From assembly GCA_965112735.1 (NCBI GenBank), contig OZ218950.1:3038001-3102000 (forward strand): a stretch of 64,000 nt of DNA, written 5' to 3'. A program made the position numbers and the translations under genes. Of the stretch, positions 49,521-61,376 are shown piece after piece; within the stretch, counting starts at the first letter, position 1; every line of letters starts with the position of its first letter. The notes beneath the pieces were generated by a model. The model saw only the letters and a program-made list of their open reading frames with translations, ran no database searches and had not been told where the DNA came from. The stretch is from Phaeosaccion multiseriatum (Eukaryota; Protista; Ochrophyta, other classes).

Positions 49521-52500
49521 ACAACAGGTCCCACCAGCAATTGATTCCGATGGGGCGAGGTTCAGTGCCCTCTCCTACCTCGTAGGAGGCCCCTCGAAGG
49601 TCTCCACCTTCTTCGAGAGCAAGTACGGGGCGCATTTCCTGCATCGCAGTGCCTTGGGCAGAGCTTCCGTGACTCAGGCATACTTGGACGCCAATAGCAC
49701 TTCGGCCGCTGCTGCTGCGGCTGATGGTGCTTGGAAGAGCAGCACCCACGCGTTGTACAATGGCGGTCTGGGCGTATCGGCCTCCGGATCCACGGTTCTG
49801 GTGAACACCTTCCCGCTTTCTGTTGCTGAGGTGAGGAAAGATGCCCAGCCACACACAAAAGAGCGGCACCAGCCAGGCCAATTCTTATCCCTTCTTCCCT
49901 CCCTGCCTGCTGCCCGTCCGCGCTGCTGCTTCCCACCCAGCGTGACCTGGAGCCCCTCATCCGCCAGAACGAGGTCCAGTTCAGGAGCTGGGGAAGCAGC
50001 ACGGCCATGCCCGCAGATATGACGTACGAGGCCTTTGTGAAGTTCGTCGAGGAGGACAGGAAAGGCTCCGCGGTCATCACGGTTCAGAACGAGGCGAGCA
50101 TGTCGAGTCAGCTTCAGAAGTTCCACCGCGAGCTCCAGGAGCAGCTCAGCCTTCCTGTGAGGTAAGCGCGCGCCCTCCTCTTTCTCTCACACACACTCAC
50201 TCTCTCTTTCTCTCTGTCTATCGGTCTCTGTCTCTCTTCCTCGGCCGTATCTCTTCCTCGACGTCATAGCGAGAACCCCCCCCCCGTAGCAAGTGTCGTG
50301 TCTTGACTTATTGCCTGACGAAGTGGGTCCTGTAGGGGGTGTATATCTGGCCTCCTGCCAGCCTACGTGTCTGCCTGCCTGCCTGCCTGCCTGCCGGCCG
50401 GCCGGCCGGCCTGCCTGTCTGTCTGCCCACTTGCTTGCGGCCTGTATGCCGGGCTGCCAGCCAGACTTCCGCCCCGGGAAACATGGCTTACGCATTGCAT
50501 GTCGTCTCGCTCACCCGCCTCTCCTCCCTTCCGCTTCTTCCTCCTGCTCTTTCTTCCTCCCTCCCCCCCCCCCCCTTCTCCCTGTCTCCCCCCCTGCGTA
50601 TGCCTGCCGGCCTGCCACTCTGTCCACCCATCTGCCCCTGCCTACGTCCCCGACATGATCGGCGCTCTCTGTCTGTCTACCGCACCCGACCCACCCCACC
50701 ACCAGCATGAACGTTTGTAAGTCCGCCACGGCGTTCTTGGAGTGTTTTCCTTTCACCTTTTTGTCTTTCCTCCCGAGCAGGACAGTGTGTAGTGCCATTG
50801 ACAGCAGGGTGTAAAGAGTGTAACTGAGTATCCGCCACAGAACGTTATCAGACGCAGAGGCGAGAGCCAATGGCCAACAAAGGAGACCTACAACGCCATG
50901 AGAGGAGAGAGAGAGGCAGCAGACTCGTGCATTCTCTGAACCCCTTTTTCTTTTTTTCTCCCTCGCGATTTGCCACACACAGATCACTCCGGCCCTGAAG
51001 CAGTGGCGCTCAAGCCGCACACAGACATGTACGATGTCTTCGTGGTGCAGCTGCAGGGCAAGAAAGAGTGGGAGCTCTGCATGCCCTTCGCTGATCTCCA
51101 GGAGGTGAGAGAGCGCGAAACAGGGGGGTGTGAATGGGGAGGTGGGGGGGGGGCGCGCGGGGGGGGGGGGGGGGGCAAGCAAGGCGCCAGGGAGCGAGAA
51201 CTGTCGAGATGAATATCGGTCTTTCTGACTCTATCTTGCCACAGCCAGTCATGTCTGACCTTCATCCTGCCTCGTCCTCGTCCTCTATACCCTTCGCACC
51301 TCTGTCTGTCAACCCAATGCTTTGACCACTTGCAAAGTGGCAATCCTCCCTGTCGTTTGCTCGCTAAATGTCCCTCTTGCTCTCCCCCCTCCCCGCCACA
51401 CCACCCACCCTTCGTCTCGTGTCGTGGCGCCTCTCGCAGGAGCGCAGCAAGTACCCTTCCCACCCCTTTACAGCGGCAGACTTCTCCGATATGGTGAGGA
51501 AGGAAAGTTGCACACATAACAACCAACTCCCTCCCTTCATCACCCATAGGCTAGACTCTGATCTTTTTGCTGTGCCTGCTCTTGCTTTTGCTGCTGTCCA
51601 GAGTGGTTGAGGTTTAGTCGTCGATGCTAATCATCTCTCTCTCTCCTTGTCCTCTGTCTCTCCCCTTTCGTGACTCAGATGGAGGCAAAGATGGGGTCCA
51701 TCGAGGGCTGCACGACGCACCTCATTCGAGACTCGATGCGCTGCTCGAATGTCAGCATGACTGTCGGGGACTCGCTTTACCTCCCCAAGGGCATCGTACA
51801 CTCGGCCACGGTAAGCCCACTTCCGTCGTTCCGTCGTTCCATCGTTCCTTTCTTTCTTCTCTCCCTTCGCTCGCTTCTTCTCCCTTCCTCTGCCTCTTCC
51901 TTCCTTCCTTCCTTCCTTCCCTTTCTCTCGTCCTTTTCTTCCCCTCTTCCGCCCTTGCTTCCCTCCTTCCCTTTCTCCTTCCCTCCCTCCTAGTCCACCC
52001 TCCGGCCGCCCTCACTCCTGCCCTCCCACCCACTCTCCATCCCTTCCTTGCGTCCTTCCCTTCCTTCCCTTTCTTCCTTCTCTTGCCTCTCTCCCTTCCC
52101 TGTCTACCTCTCATCAATGTACCCTCCCTTCCGCCGTCCCTTCCTTCCTGCTCGCCTTCCCTCCTTCCTTCCATCCCTCCTTTCCTTTACTTCCTTCGAT
52201 CCATCAACTGTTCCCATTCCTCCGTGTGTCCTTTGTGCGTTCCCTCCCTAACCCCTTCCTCCCTCCCCTATCTGCGTGCCCACTGCGCATACCTGTTGCC
52301 GGCCCTCTTCGCCACTGCTGAAGACGTCTCGAGGGTACAATGTCTCTACCCACGTGACCCTCGCCCTCCACCGTGACAACCTCGCCTTTGGTGACCTCCT
52401 CCGTGCTTCCCTCTTGGTACGTGAGACTTGCCCCCCCCCCCCCCCCGACTCGCTTGTGGTGGCTGCTCGGCTCCAACCCGTTGAGGAGGCGATGTGGCAG

Positions 52501-55500
52501 AGTGCACTATGTTGGTCTGGCTGTCGTTGACGTTTCCTTTGTCAGACTGTTCTTGTTTGAAAAGGGGGCACAGTCCCATATCATCTAGCGTGTCTGCCTG
52601 CAAGATCTCCCCCTTAATAACCCCTGTATAAACCCCCCCACCCCCCGCCCCCCCTCTCTCTCGCAGTCGTACAGCCAGGAGGTCTCTGTCGAGCCCCGGC
52701 TCTACGCTGCCGCCTTCCGCGCCATCGACAAGATTGTGCACTCGCCGGTTGAGGGTCTGGGCTGGCGGCGCGTTCTTCCCACTTCCATCCTGCCTTGTGC
52801 CACGACAGCTGCTGCCTCGCAGATGGCACCTGACGCTGACGAATCGTGTTCTTCCTTCGCCATCACGTACTTGACCGACGCCCTCTCCAAGATGGTTTCC
52901 GAGCTGACCCCACGCGCATGCGAGGCAGTCAACAACGTGGAGGACCAACTGGCCAACGAGCAGTACGGTCTTGAGAAGACATTGCCCTATCTTGCCGAGG
53001 CGACAAACGACTCCGAAAAGGCCCTCGACACCTTCCTGCAAGCCTTCTTGTCCGCTATGACCGACGAGCGAGGCCGGCGTCTACAAGGAGCCGTCACTCT
53101 GCTGCTGACAGACGCGTGAGTGAAGTGAAGGAGGTCCAGTTGTACATTTGTCCATACGGCATACTTGAGGTGCAATCCATGCCACATCCCCCTCCCACCC
53201 CACCTCACACACGCACGCACGCACCTCGTTGTTTAATCCTCTCTCCTTCTCCCTGTCCGTCTCAACCTGCCTGAGTATAGCGAGTGGGCGATACGAGCTG
53301 ACCGACTGGGAGGGCTCAAGAGAGAAGTAGAGGACAACGGAGACGCCATCGAACACCACCAGCGAGAGATCATCGATTCGATTCGGCCTCCGTATTGTCC
53401 TCTGGAAGACGTTTTCCAAGACTCGAAATTCGACGCGAACATACACCAAAACGGCCCGCGACGGAAGCTCGGTCCTGACGCCAGCAGCGGAAGCAAGTCC
53501 GCCGCGAAGCGACTACAAAGAGACTTCGATGACATGACGCGCAAGATATTGGAGGAAGTGGAGAACCCACGCATAAGCGGCATCGAGTACCCCGTCATGA
53601 AATCGTGAGTGGGGGCTGAGTTTGGCTGGGCGGGGATGGGTCGGGGGGAAGAAGGCATGCGGCGAGCCATGTATGTCTGCCCACCACTCGCACCTCCCTC
53701 CCCCCCTTCTCTCTCACTCTCCACCATGCATCTCTGTTCTTGATCTTTGAACTGGCTGTGTGCGTGGCCGCATGTTTCCAGGATGGTCCAGCGTTCCCGA
53801 CGACGTCTCAGCCTCCCAGAGGAGGAGAGGGCAACGGCGAAGACGTACAACGAGCATGGAGAGGACGACGATGACCCCATGCACCACCCGCACCGAAAGT
53901 TGGAAGAGATTTCCTCGGAATGCTCCGACGTATGCGACGTCGTCGCAGATATATGCGAAGTTGGATGTGAAACGTTACGCTTGGCAGCAGAAGTAGCAGA
54001 AGGCGTCTGCAACGTCGCTGCCGATCTTTGCGCAGCACCCTGCAAGATTGGGGGAAAACGCTGTTCCTGTGATGGCTCTTGTACCCGTGAGTGATTTCGT
54101 CCACTGAACTGGGGCCCCCTCTGCGGCAAGCATCCTTCTCTTCTCCTCACAAAGCTTCCCGCCCATTCTCCTATCTCACAGGAGACTGTGACGGGAGAAA
54201 GATTCTGAGCTGCGATGCGGGCGGGCGCTGCTTCCGAGGTTGTAACGGGGGCTGCCTTACGGGTGAGTTGGGCGCAACAACTTTGGTCTTCGTCTTCTTG
54301 CCCTTCATAGACTAACGAACACGCTGCTTCCCTCCCGTCTGCTCTGCAGGCTGCAACTTTTTAGGGAAGAACTGTGACTCGGGATGCACGCGCAGCTGTG
54401 ACCGCAGTTGTGTCCGCACGCAATCTTGCGACCAGGGTATTACAAGCTGCGACGGACAACCGTAAGTTAATAGCACACACATGTACACGCGGCGCGAACT
54501 CCAACTTTGCTGTGAACCCGAGCCCTTTTGGTTGCAACACGCCCACATTTTCTCCTCAGGTGTTCTAGCTAAGCAGCTCTCTCCACCCCAACCATGCTAA
54601 CCTATCCCCTCCCAACCCGTCCTATTCCAGTTGCTTTACACAGTGCAACTCCTATTGTGGTGGCCAGCAAAACTGCATCAATTATTGCGAACGGGCGCGG
54701 GGAGACTGTACAAGTGCAACGGTCACTCCACTCTTAGATCTCGAACAAGAATGCGGAGATTTCTGCGAGCAAAGCAAGGGAGTGTGTAACGTAAGTTAAA
54801 AGGCGGGGCCAATGGAGGCGCGTGCGTGGGGCTCGAGGCGAGGCGAGGCGAGGCGAGCCTAGCCCCCTCCCACTAACTCTCTATCTGCTGTGTATGAGAT
54901 CCTCCTCCCACTAACGAGTTGTTGTTTGTTTGTCTGAGCTTACTAGCTGCAGCCAGTGTGTCTGAGCCTCCTCCCCTTTTCTCTCTGTATGTCTCGCCTC
55001 TTTTTTTGCATCTCTCTGCGTGGTGGTCCCGCACAGAGCGTCTGCAAGACTATTCAGGGAGTCATCAGTTATTTCAAGGATGATGGGGTCAACGAGAACA
55101 TGACGAGCGCACCACCACAGATCAAAAACGGATTTAAAGACCTTCTGGGGCATGTGGTGGACTGGATGCAGGTACGTAAGTAGCTATGAATTGAGGGCGG
55201 GTGATCCTTGCTTGGAAGTTGGAAGATACGCCCCCCCACCCCCCACTAACGTGCCCTCCCCCTCTCGGCTTTCAGTCGGAGATTCAACTTTTCGGTGAAT
55301 GCCAGGCGGACACATTTCTCTTCATGTACAAGGGAATAGTGCCCACGTTTGCCTGGCTGGCGGACAACCGTCCATGGAACAAGGTCATGGAGGATCCGCG
55401 TCCGCTGGACGGGTTAGAGCCTCGCGACTGCGGCAACTTCTACGCGGTAGCAATGCTCGTAACTCTCTTTTTGAGTCCCTGGAACGCCGTGGGTCAGGGG

Positions 55501-56311
55501 CTGGGCCCCTTGTCTATGCTTGGCCCCGGTACGTCTCAGGGTAGGCTTTTCCTCTTCCTTTATTATATACCGCTACTAGCTAAGGAAGGGGTCAAGGGGA
55601 AGAACGTCGCCCTTCTCTTCTTTATTGTTATGTGCTTGCCATTTCATCTTGCCATATCATTGTCCTGCCCCTTGCCTGCACTGCCTGCCTAGGCTTCTTG
55701 CTCGGCATGGGGGGCGTTGAGTTCACCATTGGTTTGGGATCGGCGGCGACCAAGGCGTTTCACACCGTCCTGCTCGCGACGCCTGGTTTCAGGGACTACT
55801 TTGGCTTTGGCGGCGAAAGTACCGTCGAGGCCGTCGAGAGTATTGGTGCCTTCGCGGCAAACGATATCGATTTCACCATCGGCTTTTGGTTGGACAGCGG
55901 CACTTCCCTTCTCGATGTTTTCAGAGACCCCTTGAGTCTCTTTGAAGACCCCTTGAGTCTCCTCCGAGGGGATAAACAGAAGTTGGTTGCGACCTTTTCC
56001 ACGTGTATGTCGAGAGCCATTGGAGCCGACGGGGTAGGCCCGTCGAGTGGTGCGGCTGTCTCCATGGCAATTCTTGGATCAGACAAACTGGCTGGGTGGA
56101 GCACCGTGGTCGGAGCGGGGATTAACTTTAACTTGCTGACTGGAGGAAGAGTACCCTTTGAAGTTGGATTGGCGTTCGAGTTCGTGGGCGGGATAGACGC
56201 TGGTCCTTTACAGCTCTTTACAATCTCAGCTGAGGTGAGTTGGATATAGCTATCGTCCCGCCGCGCTGGGGTAGGTAAGGCCGACCCCAAAAGTTCTCAT
56301 CCCCTCACCCT

Positions 56312-56345
<34 letters not shown>

Positions 56346-59300
56346 GGCCCTTTCTCTCTTCCGGTTGGGGGTCTGGAACGCACAGCTGGAGGCCGACTTG
56401 GGCACTTCGCCCCTCACCTTTGAGACGTCCCTGTGCCATACGTGGGCAACAGATATCGGCGATCTGGCGAGCGAAGTGAGTGATGACATCAACGCCAAGA
56501 TACAAGACCTCCTAAGCTTCATCCAAGGAGAGGGGGTTGTTATCGAAGGCAACGGGCTGACGGACGCCCAGCAAGCCAACCAGGACCAGTCGCGAGAGGA
56601 ATTCGGGGGACTGCTCAACACACTTGGCGTCTCCTTGCTGGTGAGTTGTGAGTGGTGAGGGACATGGTTGGTACTACCTGCCTGCCTGCCTGCCTGCCCT
56701 TATACCTGCCTACCTGCCCTTATGCCTGGCCGTGTCTGCGGTTAGCTTGGCCATGCGCTATTCTCCGTACACACCGTATTGTGCACTCGCTCACTCTCGG
56801 ATTGTTTCCCCTGTCTGCCATCCGCCCCTACCCCCTTCCACCCTCCGCCTTCCGCCCAAGCAGGGATGCAAAACGGAAGGGCAGGAGTGTAGTGGCGGCC
56901 TTGAGTCGGGAGAAGACCTTGCCGCTTTCTTTGAAGAAGAGTACTCTGGAGCTAACCTGGAAACTCAGACGGGGCCGGTTTGGGGTCTCGAGGCTCAAGC
57001 GCAATGGTGCTGCGGCGACATGACCTGTGGGTTTGTCCCAGGTGCCGACCCAGGATCCCAACGACGTACGTGCCAGAAATGTGGCATTCAATTTCACGGT
57101 TGCAACCCCGATGCAGACCGCCCGTGTTGCTCCGACACCAACATTTGCGTGCCTCGAGCGGTATTGGAGATCCAGGGGGAGGCTCAGCCCACGCCCCTGC
57201 ATGACGCTGACTTCTATTGCATCGTAAGTATCAAGCAAGTTGTTGCTTGACCGGTGGACTGACTTGGCTACTCTGTGGGGGGATCGAAAACTTTGGTGGA
57301 TATCTTCTAGGGGCTGAAAGTACGACTTTCCGACGCTGTCTTGGGCGGCAGTGACGGCGGGTGCACAAGCCAACTCTGACGTCCGTCACTCCCTTCCTTT
57401 GTTGCTCTTTATCTTCCCCGCCCTCCCCTCCGTGCATGGCCTTCTTTTCGAAGCCGTGCGTCAGATCACTCCCGAGGATCAGTTCCAGTGGCCGCTCTTC
57501 CTCTTCTAGTCCTAGTACTATTCAGTACGCGGACACCTTTTTCTCCTTCTCCGAGTATTTTGGGGAGGGGTTGCACTATGACTCTACCTTCCACAACTAT
57601 GAAAACGAGGAGCAATACCCCTACCCTCTCATCGACTTCAACGAATGCAGGGAATACGAAGACCCCAGGGACGGATTCGGACAACAGAATACCTGCTGCG
57701 ACCGCGCTTCGAGCTGCGACACGGACTGCGACCAGATGGACCCCAGCAACGGCTACAATTCGAGGCGGCTTACGGGGGTGGAGGAAGTGGAGGAAGTCGA
57801 GGGTGCCTCTGTTAGTCCCTCTTCCCAAGGCCCTGACAGTCAACCACCAGAGTCTGGGCAGGCAACAACACCACAGCGCCAGGAGAGCCTGGAGCAGCAG
57901 GAGCAGCGGCAGGAGGCGCTGCAAAGTCAAAGAAGAAAAAGAAGAGCTTTGTTGCTGCAGAGTCAAAGAAGAAGAACTTCCTTGGACTTACTCAACGAGG
58001 AAGTGTTCGAGAATAAGTGGGAAAATGGTGAGACTCACCAGATGAGGGAGGTTGCGAGAGAGGAGAGTGGGGAACAAGGGGTGCATGTTTGCTTTCACTT
58101 TTGCTTCGCTATACTCCTTCCGCTGTCTTCTCTGGCAATTGAAACAAGCCTCATTCTCCCTCCTCGTCCTGAAATGTGCTGCCGTCCCTAGCCACCGATT
58201 CAGTTCCTGCCTCCGACAAGGAGGCTGACGAAAACTTGATCCAGCTCATCAAGACCGAGTTCGAGAGCAGAGAGTGAGTTGAGTGGGGGGGGGGGGGGGG
58301 GAGGGTAATGGTTGGACTGCTCGTCGAAGTCAGCGGCCGGCCGTGATTCACTCACTTGGCGAAGCAAGAAGCTTTGGTTGACTCTCCTTCATCTCCTCTG
58401 CGGAGCATCCTGCTGTACGCACTCCTGACTCATCTTGCCTCTGTGCGACAGGCCCGATGACATTCCACCCGAGGAGAGACCGGCCGAAATCCCACTAACG
58501 TTTGAGGCTGCCCTGGAAGACTACGGAGGCCTTGCTCCTCTTGTCGGCCTCGACGAGCCCGGACGTCCCACTAATATAACCTTCAGCGTAAGTTGCTTCT
58601 GCTGGCTGCTTCGGCTGCGCGGACACACACACAGAAAGAGAGAGGACAACACGAAGCTTTTTGCCTAGCTACTTTTGTTCTCTTCTCTCTTGCCTCTCTT
58701 GCCTCTTCTCTTCTCCCTCCCCTGCCCTGATCCCCCGCCCGTGCCGCACCCCCCGCCCCACACCTCCCTCCCGCACTCGCAGGTGCCCGTTGTCACGTTC
58801 GAGGACGCGCCATACTCGGCCCAATACGGTGATTCCGTAACGTTCGACGCGAGCGGCACCTACGATCCGGACGGGAGGGAGATGGTCCTGGGCTGGCTTG
58901 TCGCAGATCGAAATCTCGGCTGCGAAGGCCTCGTGTGCACCTTCCTGGCCTTTGAGGTAGGGGTGCTCGAGGTCAGCCTTGAGGCTTGCAACACGGCCAA
59001 GCTCTGCAGTCAAGCCGAGACTATGCTGACCGTTGAATCGCCGCCCCCACCGCCGGCTGGACAGGTGAGGTACAGGGCAGCTAGAGGGGTATGGGTGAGG
59101 TCGGTCGGGCGATGCGGTGAGAGAGAGCAGCAGAGCGGTGGTAGAGAGGAGGAGGGTGCGACATGCATGGGCGGAAAGAGAGGAGGGGAGAGAGAGGCAT
59201 GGGGTGAGAGAGGAAGAGGGCGAGGGGGAGAGAGGGAGAGACAGGAGCGAGTGGGTAGAGCAGAGAGAGGGGGGGTAGAGGGAACACCGAGAAGAAGTCA

Positions 59301-61376
59301 TGATGCAGAGGGGGAGGGAGAGTGGGAAACACATGGATGCATAGCTGTATAGCGTATTCCCAGCCTGTGTCCCCCCCCCTCCCCCACTCCGCCACATATA
59401 ATTTTGTGCGTGTGTGCTTCGCTTGCTTGCCTCACCCCATGATGTGATCTGATCGGTTGTCATCAGGGGGAGCCGCAAGCTCTGGTGCTGGACGCAGGAG
59501 AGCCTTACACCATCGCCAAGCCTATGGGCGTAAATTCAGTAACATTCCAAGCCCAGGCGAGCGGGGGTGCCCAGCCTGCGCTGTACCGCTGGCTTGTGGA
59601 CGGCGTCCAGCTGGAAGGGGAAGGATGCAACACCTCCCAGTGCACGTACACCCCCTTAGACACTGCCCCGGTGGGGGAAGCGCTGCGGGTGGAGGCCATC
59701 GTCTGTACCACTGAGGCAGTGTGCACCTCCGACCTTTCCTCAGTGACCATCCTCACAGACAACGACGACATCAACAATCCAGGCGGCAGTGGTGATCCCA
59801 TGATCTTCGGTCTTCAGCAGCAAGTATTTCTCTTTGAGGGGCGTGACGAGCGCTGGTACAATGGAATTACGAGTCCCAGGGTTGACCTGAACTGGAAGCT
59901 GAATGCCTTCCTGGAGTGTGAGAACGGCCTCAACCCGGTGAGTGAGTTGCGCTGCCTGCTTGTCCTCGGACTACAGAGTCTCTTTCTGCTTCCTACACTG
60001 ATTTTGCTGTTTTTGTTTCCTCCTCCTCCTCCTCCTCCTCCTCCTCCTCCCCCACCCACCTGCCTGCCTCAGACGTACTTCACTGCCAACGCCATGTCGC
60101 TCAAGAACAAAGACGGTTCCGTGGCGGACCGCGTCCTTATCGAGGTGATGGACAGGGACGTCTTCTTCCCCGGCTGCCCGCTCGACGAAGAGGTGGAGTC
60201 CTGTCTGGCCGAGGGCAACCTGCGCGTTGTGCTCAACGAGGAGATCATCACCAAGCCTGGCGCCTATGCCCTCAGCGGAGGGGGACTAATGTATGTATTC
60301 AACGCGTACGGCCCGTGCACCTACAAGCGAGACGTGCATATGGAGAACGACCTGCTCACCGAGAAGAAGCGTTTGACTGAGGCGAAGCTCCTAGAGCGGC
60401 GCCGCCGGCTGGTGAGTGAGTGAGTGAGTGAGTGAGTGAGTGGGTGAGTGGGTGAGTCGAAATCAAGTGACGCAGGCAAGCACGCACGACGGAGCCGCTC
60501 TCGCTCAAAGCCGCACAAGGAGGGAAGCCTTTCTTGCTCGTCTTTGTACACACAGCGAACACCCCTGACGGAAGTTGATACCTTCGTGTATATGTGTAAG
60601 TAACTGGTGCTTAACTTTGTCCCTTTTGCTCGCCCGCCGTAGACGGATCTTGATCCCTCAGGCCATGATGCGCTGGCCCTCGTTCACTCTCGCCTGTCCA
60701 AGTTCGAGGACGGGGCGGCCTGCCTGCCTTGGTACGACGAAAAGATGAAGACCGGCGAGCTGTACCAAAAGAACGGCGGCTGGGCCTCCGTCTACATCGA
60801 GACGGTGGACTCCTTCGACTTCCACATTGAGTGTGAGTAACCTGCTTCAATTGGCTTGCATTAATTTTGATTCCAGAGGGCGTGGCTGTTGCGTTTCCCA
60901 TCCCACGTGAGGCTTCTTGATTTCTTGCCGGTGTTTGTCCCGATACACACCTGACATACCTTGTCCTCCGGCCGACCTCGGAGGCCCGCGACTTGCGAAT
61001 TGAAGCTCTAATTGCCTGCCCCTGCCTTGCTTGGCTTCGACTTCGGATGTTATCGACCTGACCAACTCATACGTTCCTCCGACGCCGACCGTTACACGAC
61101 CGTTACCCCCCCCCACACGCGCACACGATAGATCGCCAAGAGGTGGAACGTTGCCACTCGCATTCCATAGACACTTTCATTGTCGGCTACCCCACCGACA
61201 CCGACACCGACCTGACCGAGTGGCAGGGCGTGCTGGGCGAGACGAGGCAACTCAAGTACAACACCTTCACGGGACAGCCCATCCTGCGCGGCCGCGAGCA
61301 GGTTCTCAGTGGGTCCGACGCCTCCTACGAGGTTGAGGGCCCGTGGAGTTTCGACTTTAAGGCCCGCAAGCAGTGA
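49130..61376 (+). CDS. Giant (~2100 aa, ~27 exons) secreted multidomain protein: signal peptide, cupin_4/JmjC oxygenase, Cys-rich region, knottin-like, PKD-like, GDP-type VWD/root-cap-like C-terminus
   Basis: All exons can be joined in phase with GT-AG junctions and no internal stop. Hydrophobic VLFSTLVLYLFGLPSPAAG leader. JmjC motifs TFFESKYGAHFLH, SMNVYHSGP, PHTDMYDVFVVQLQGKKEWELC, VGDSLYLPKGIVHSAT, STHVTLAL. PKD-like VTFDASGTYDPDG. Tail motifs GSGDPMIFGLQQQVFLFEG and GVLGET...SYEV. Confidence 0.8.
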
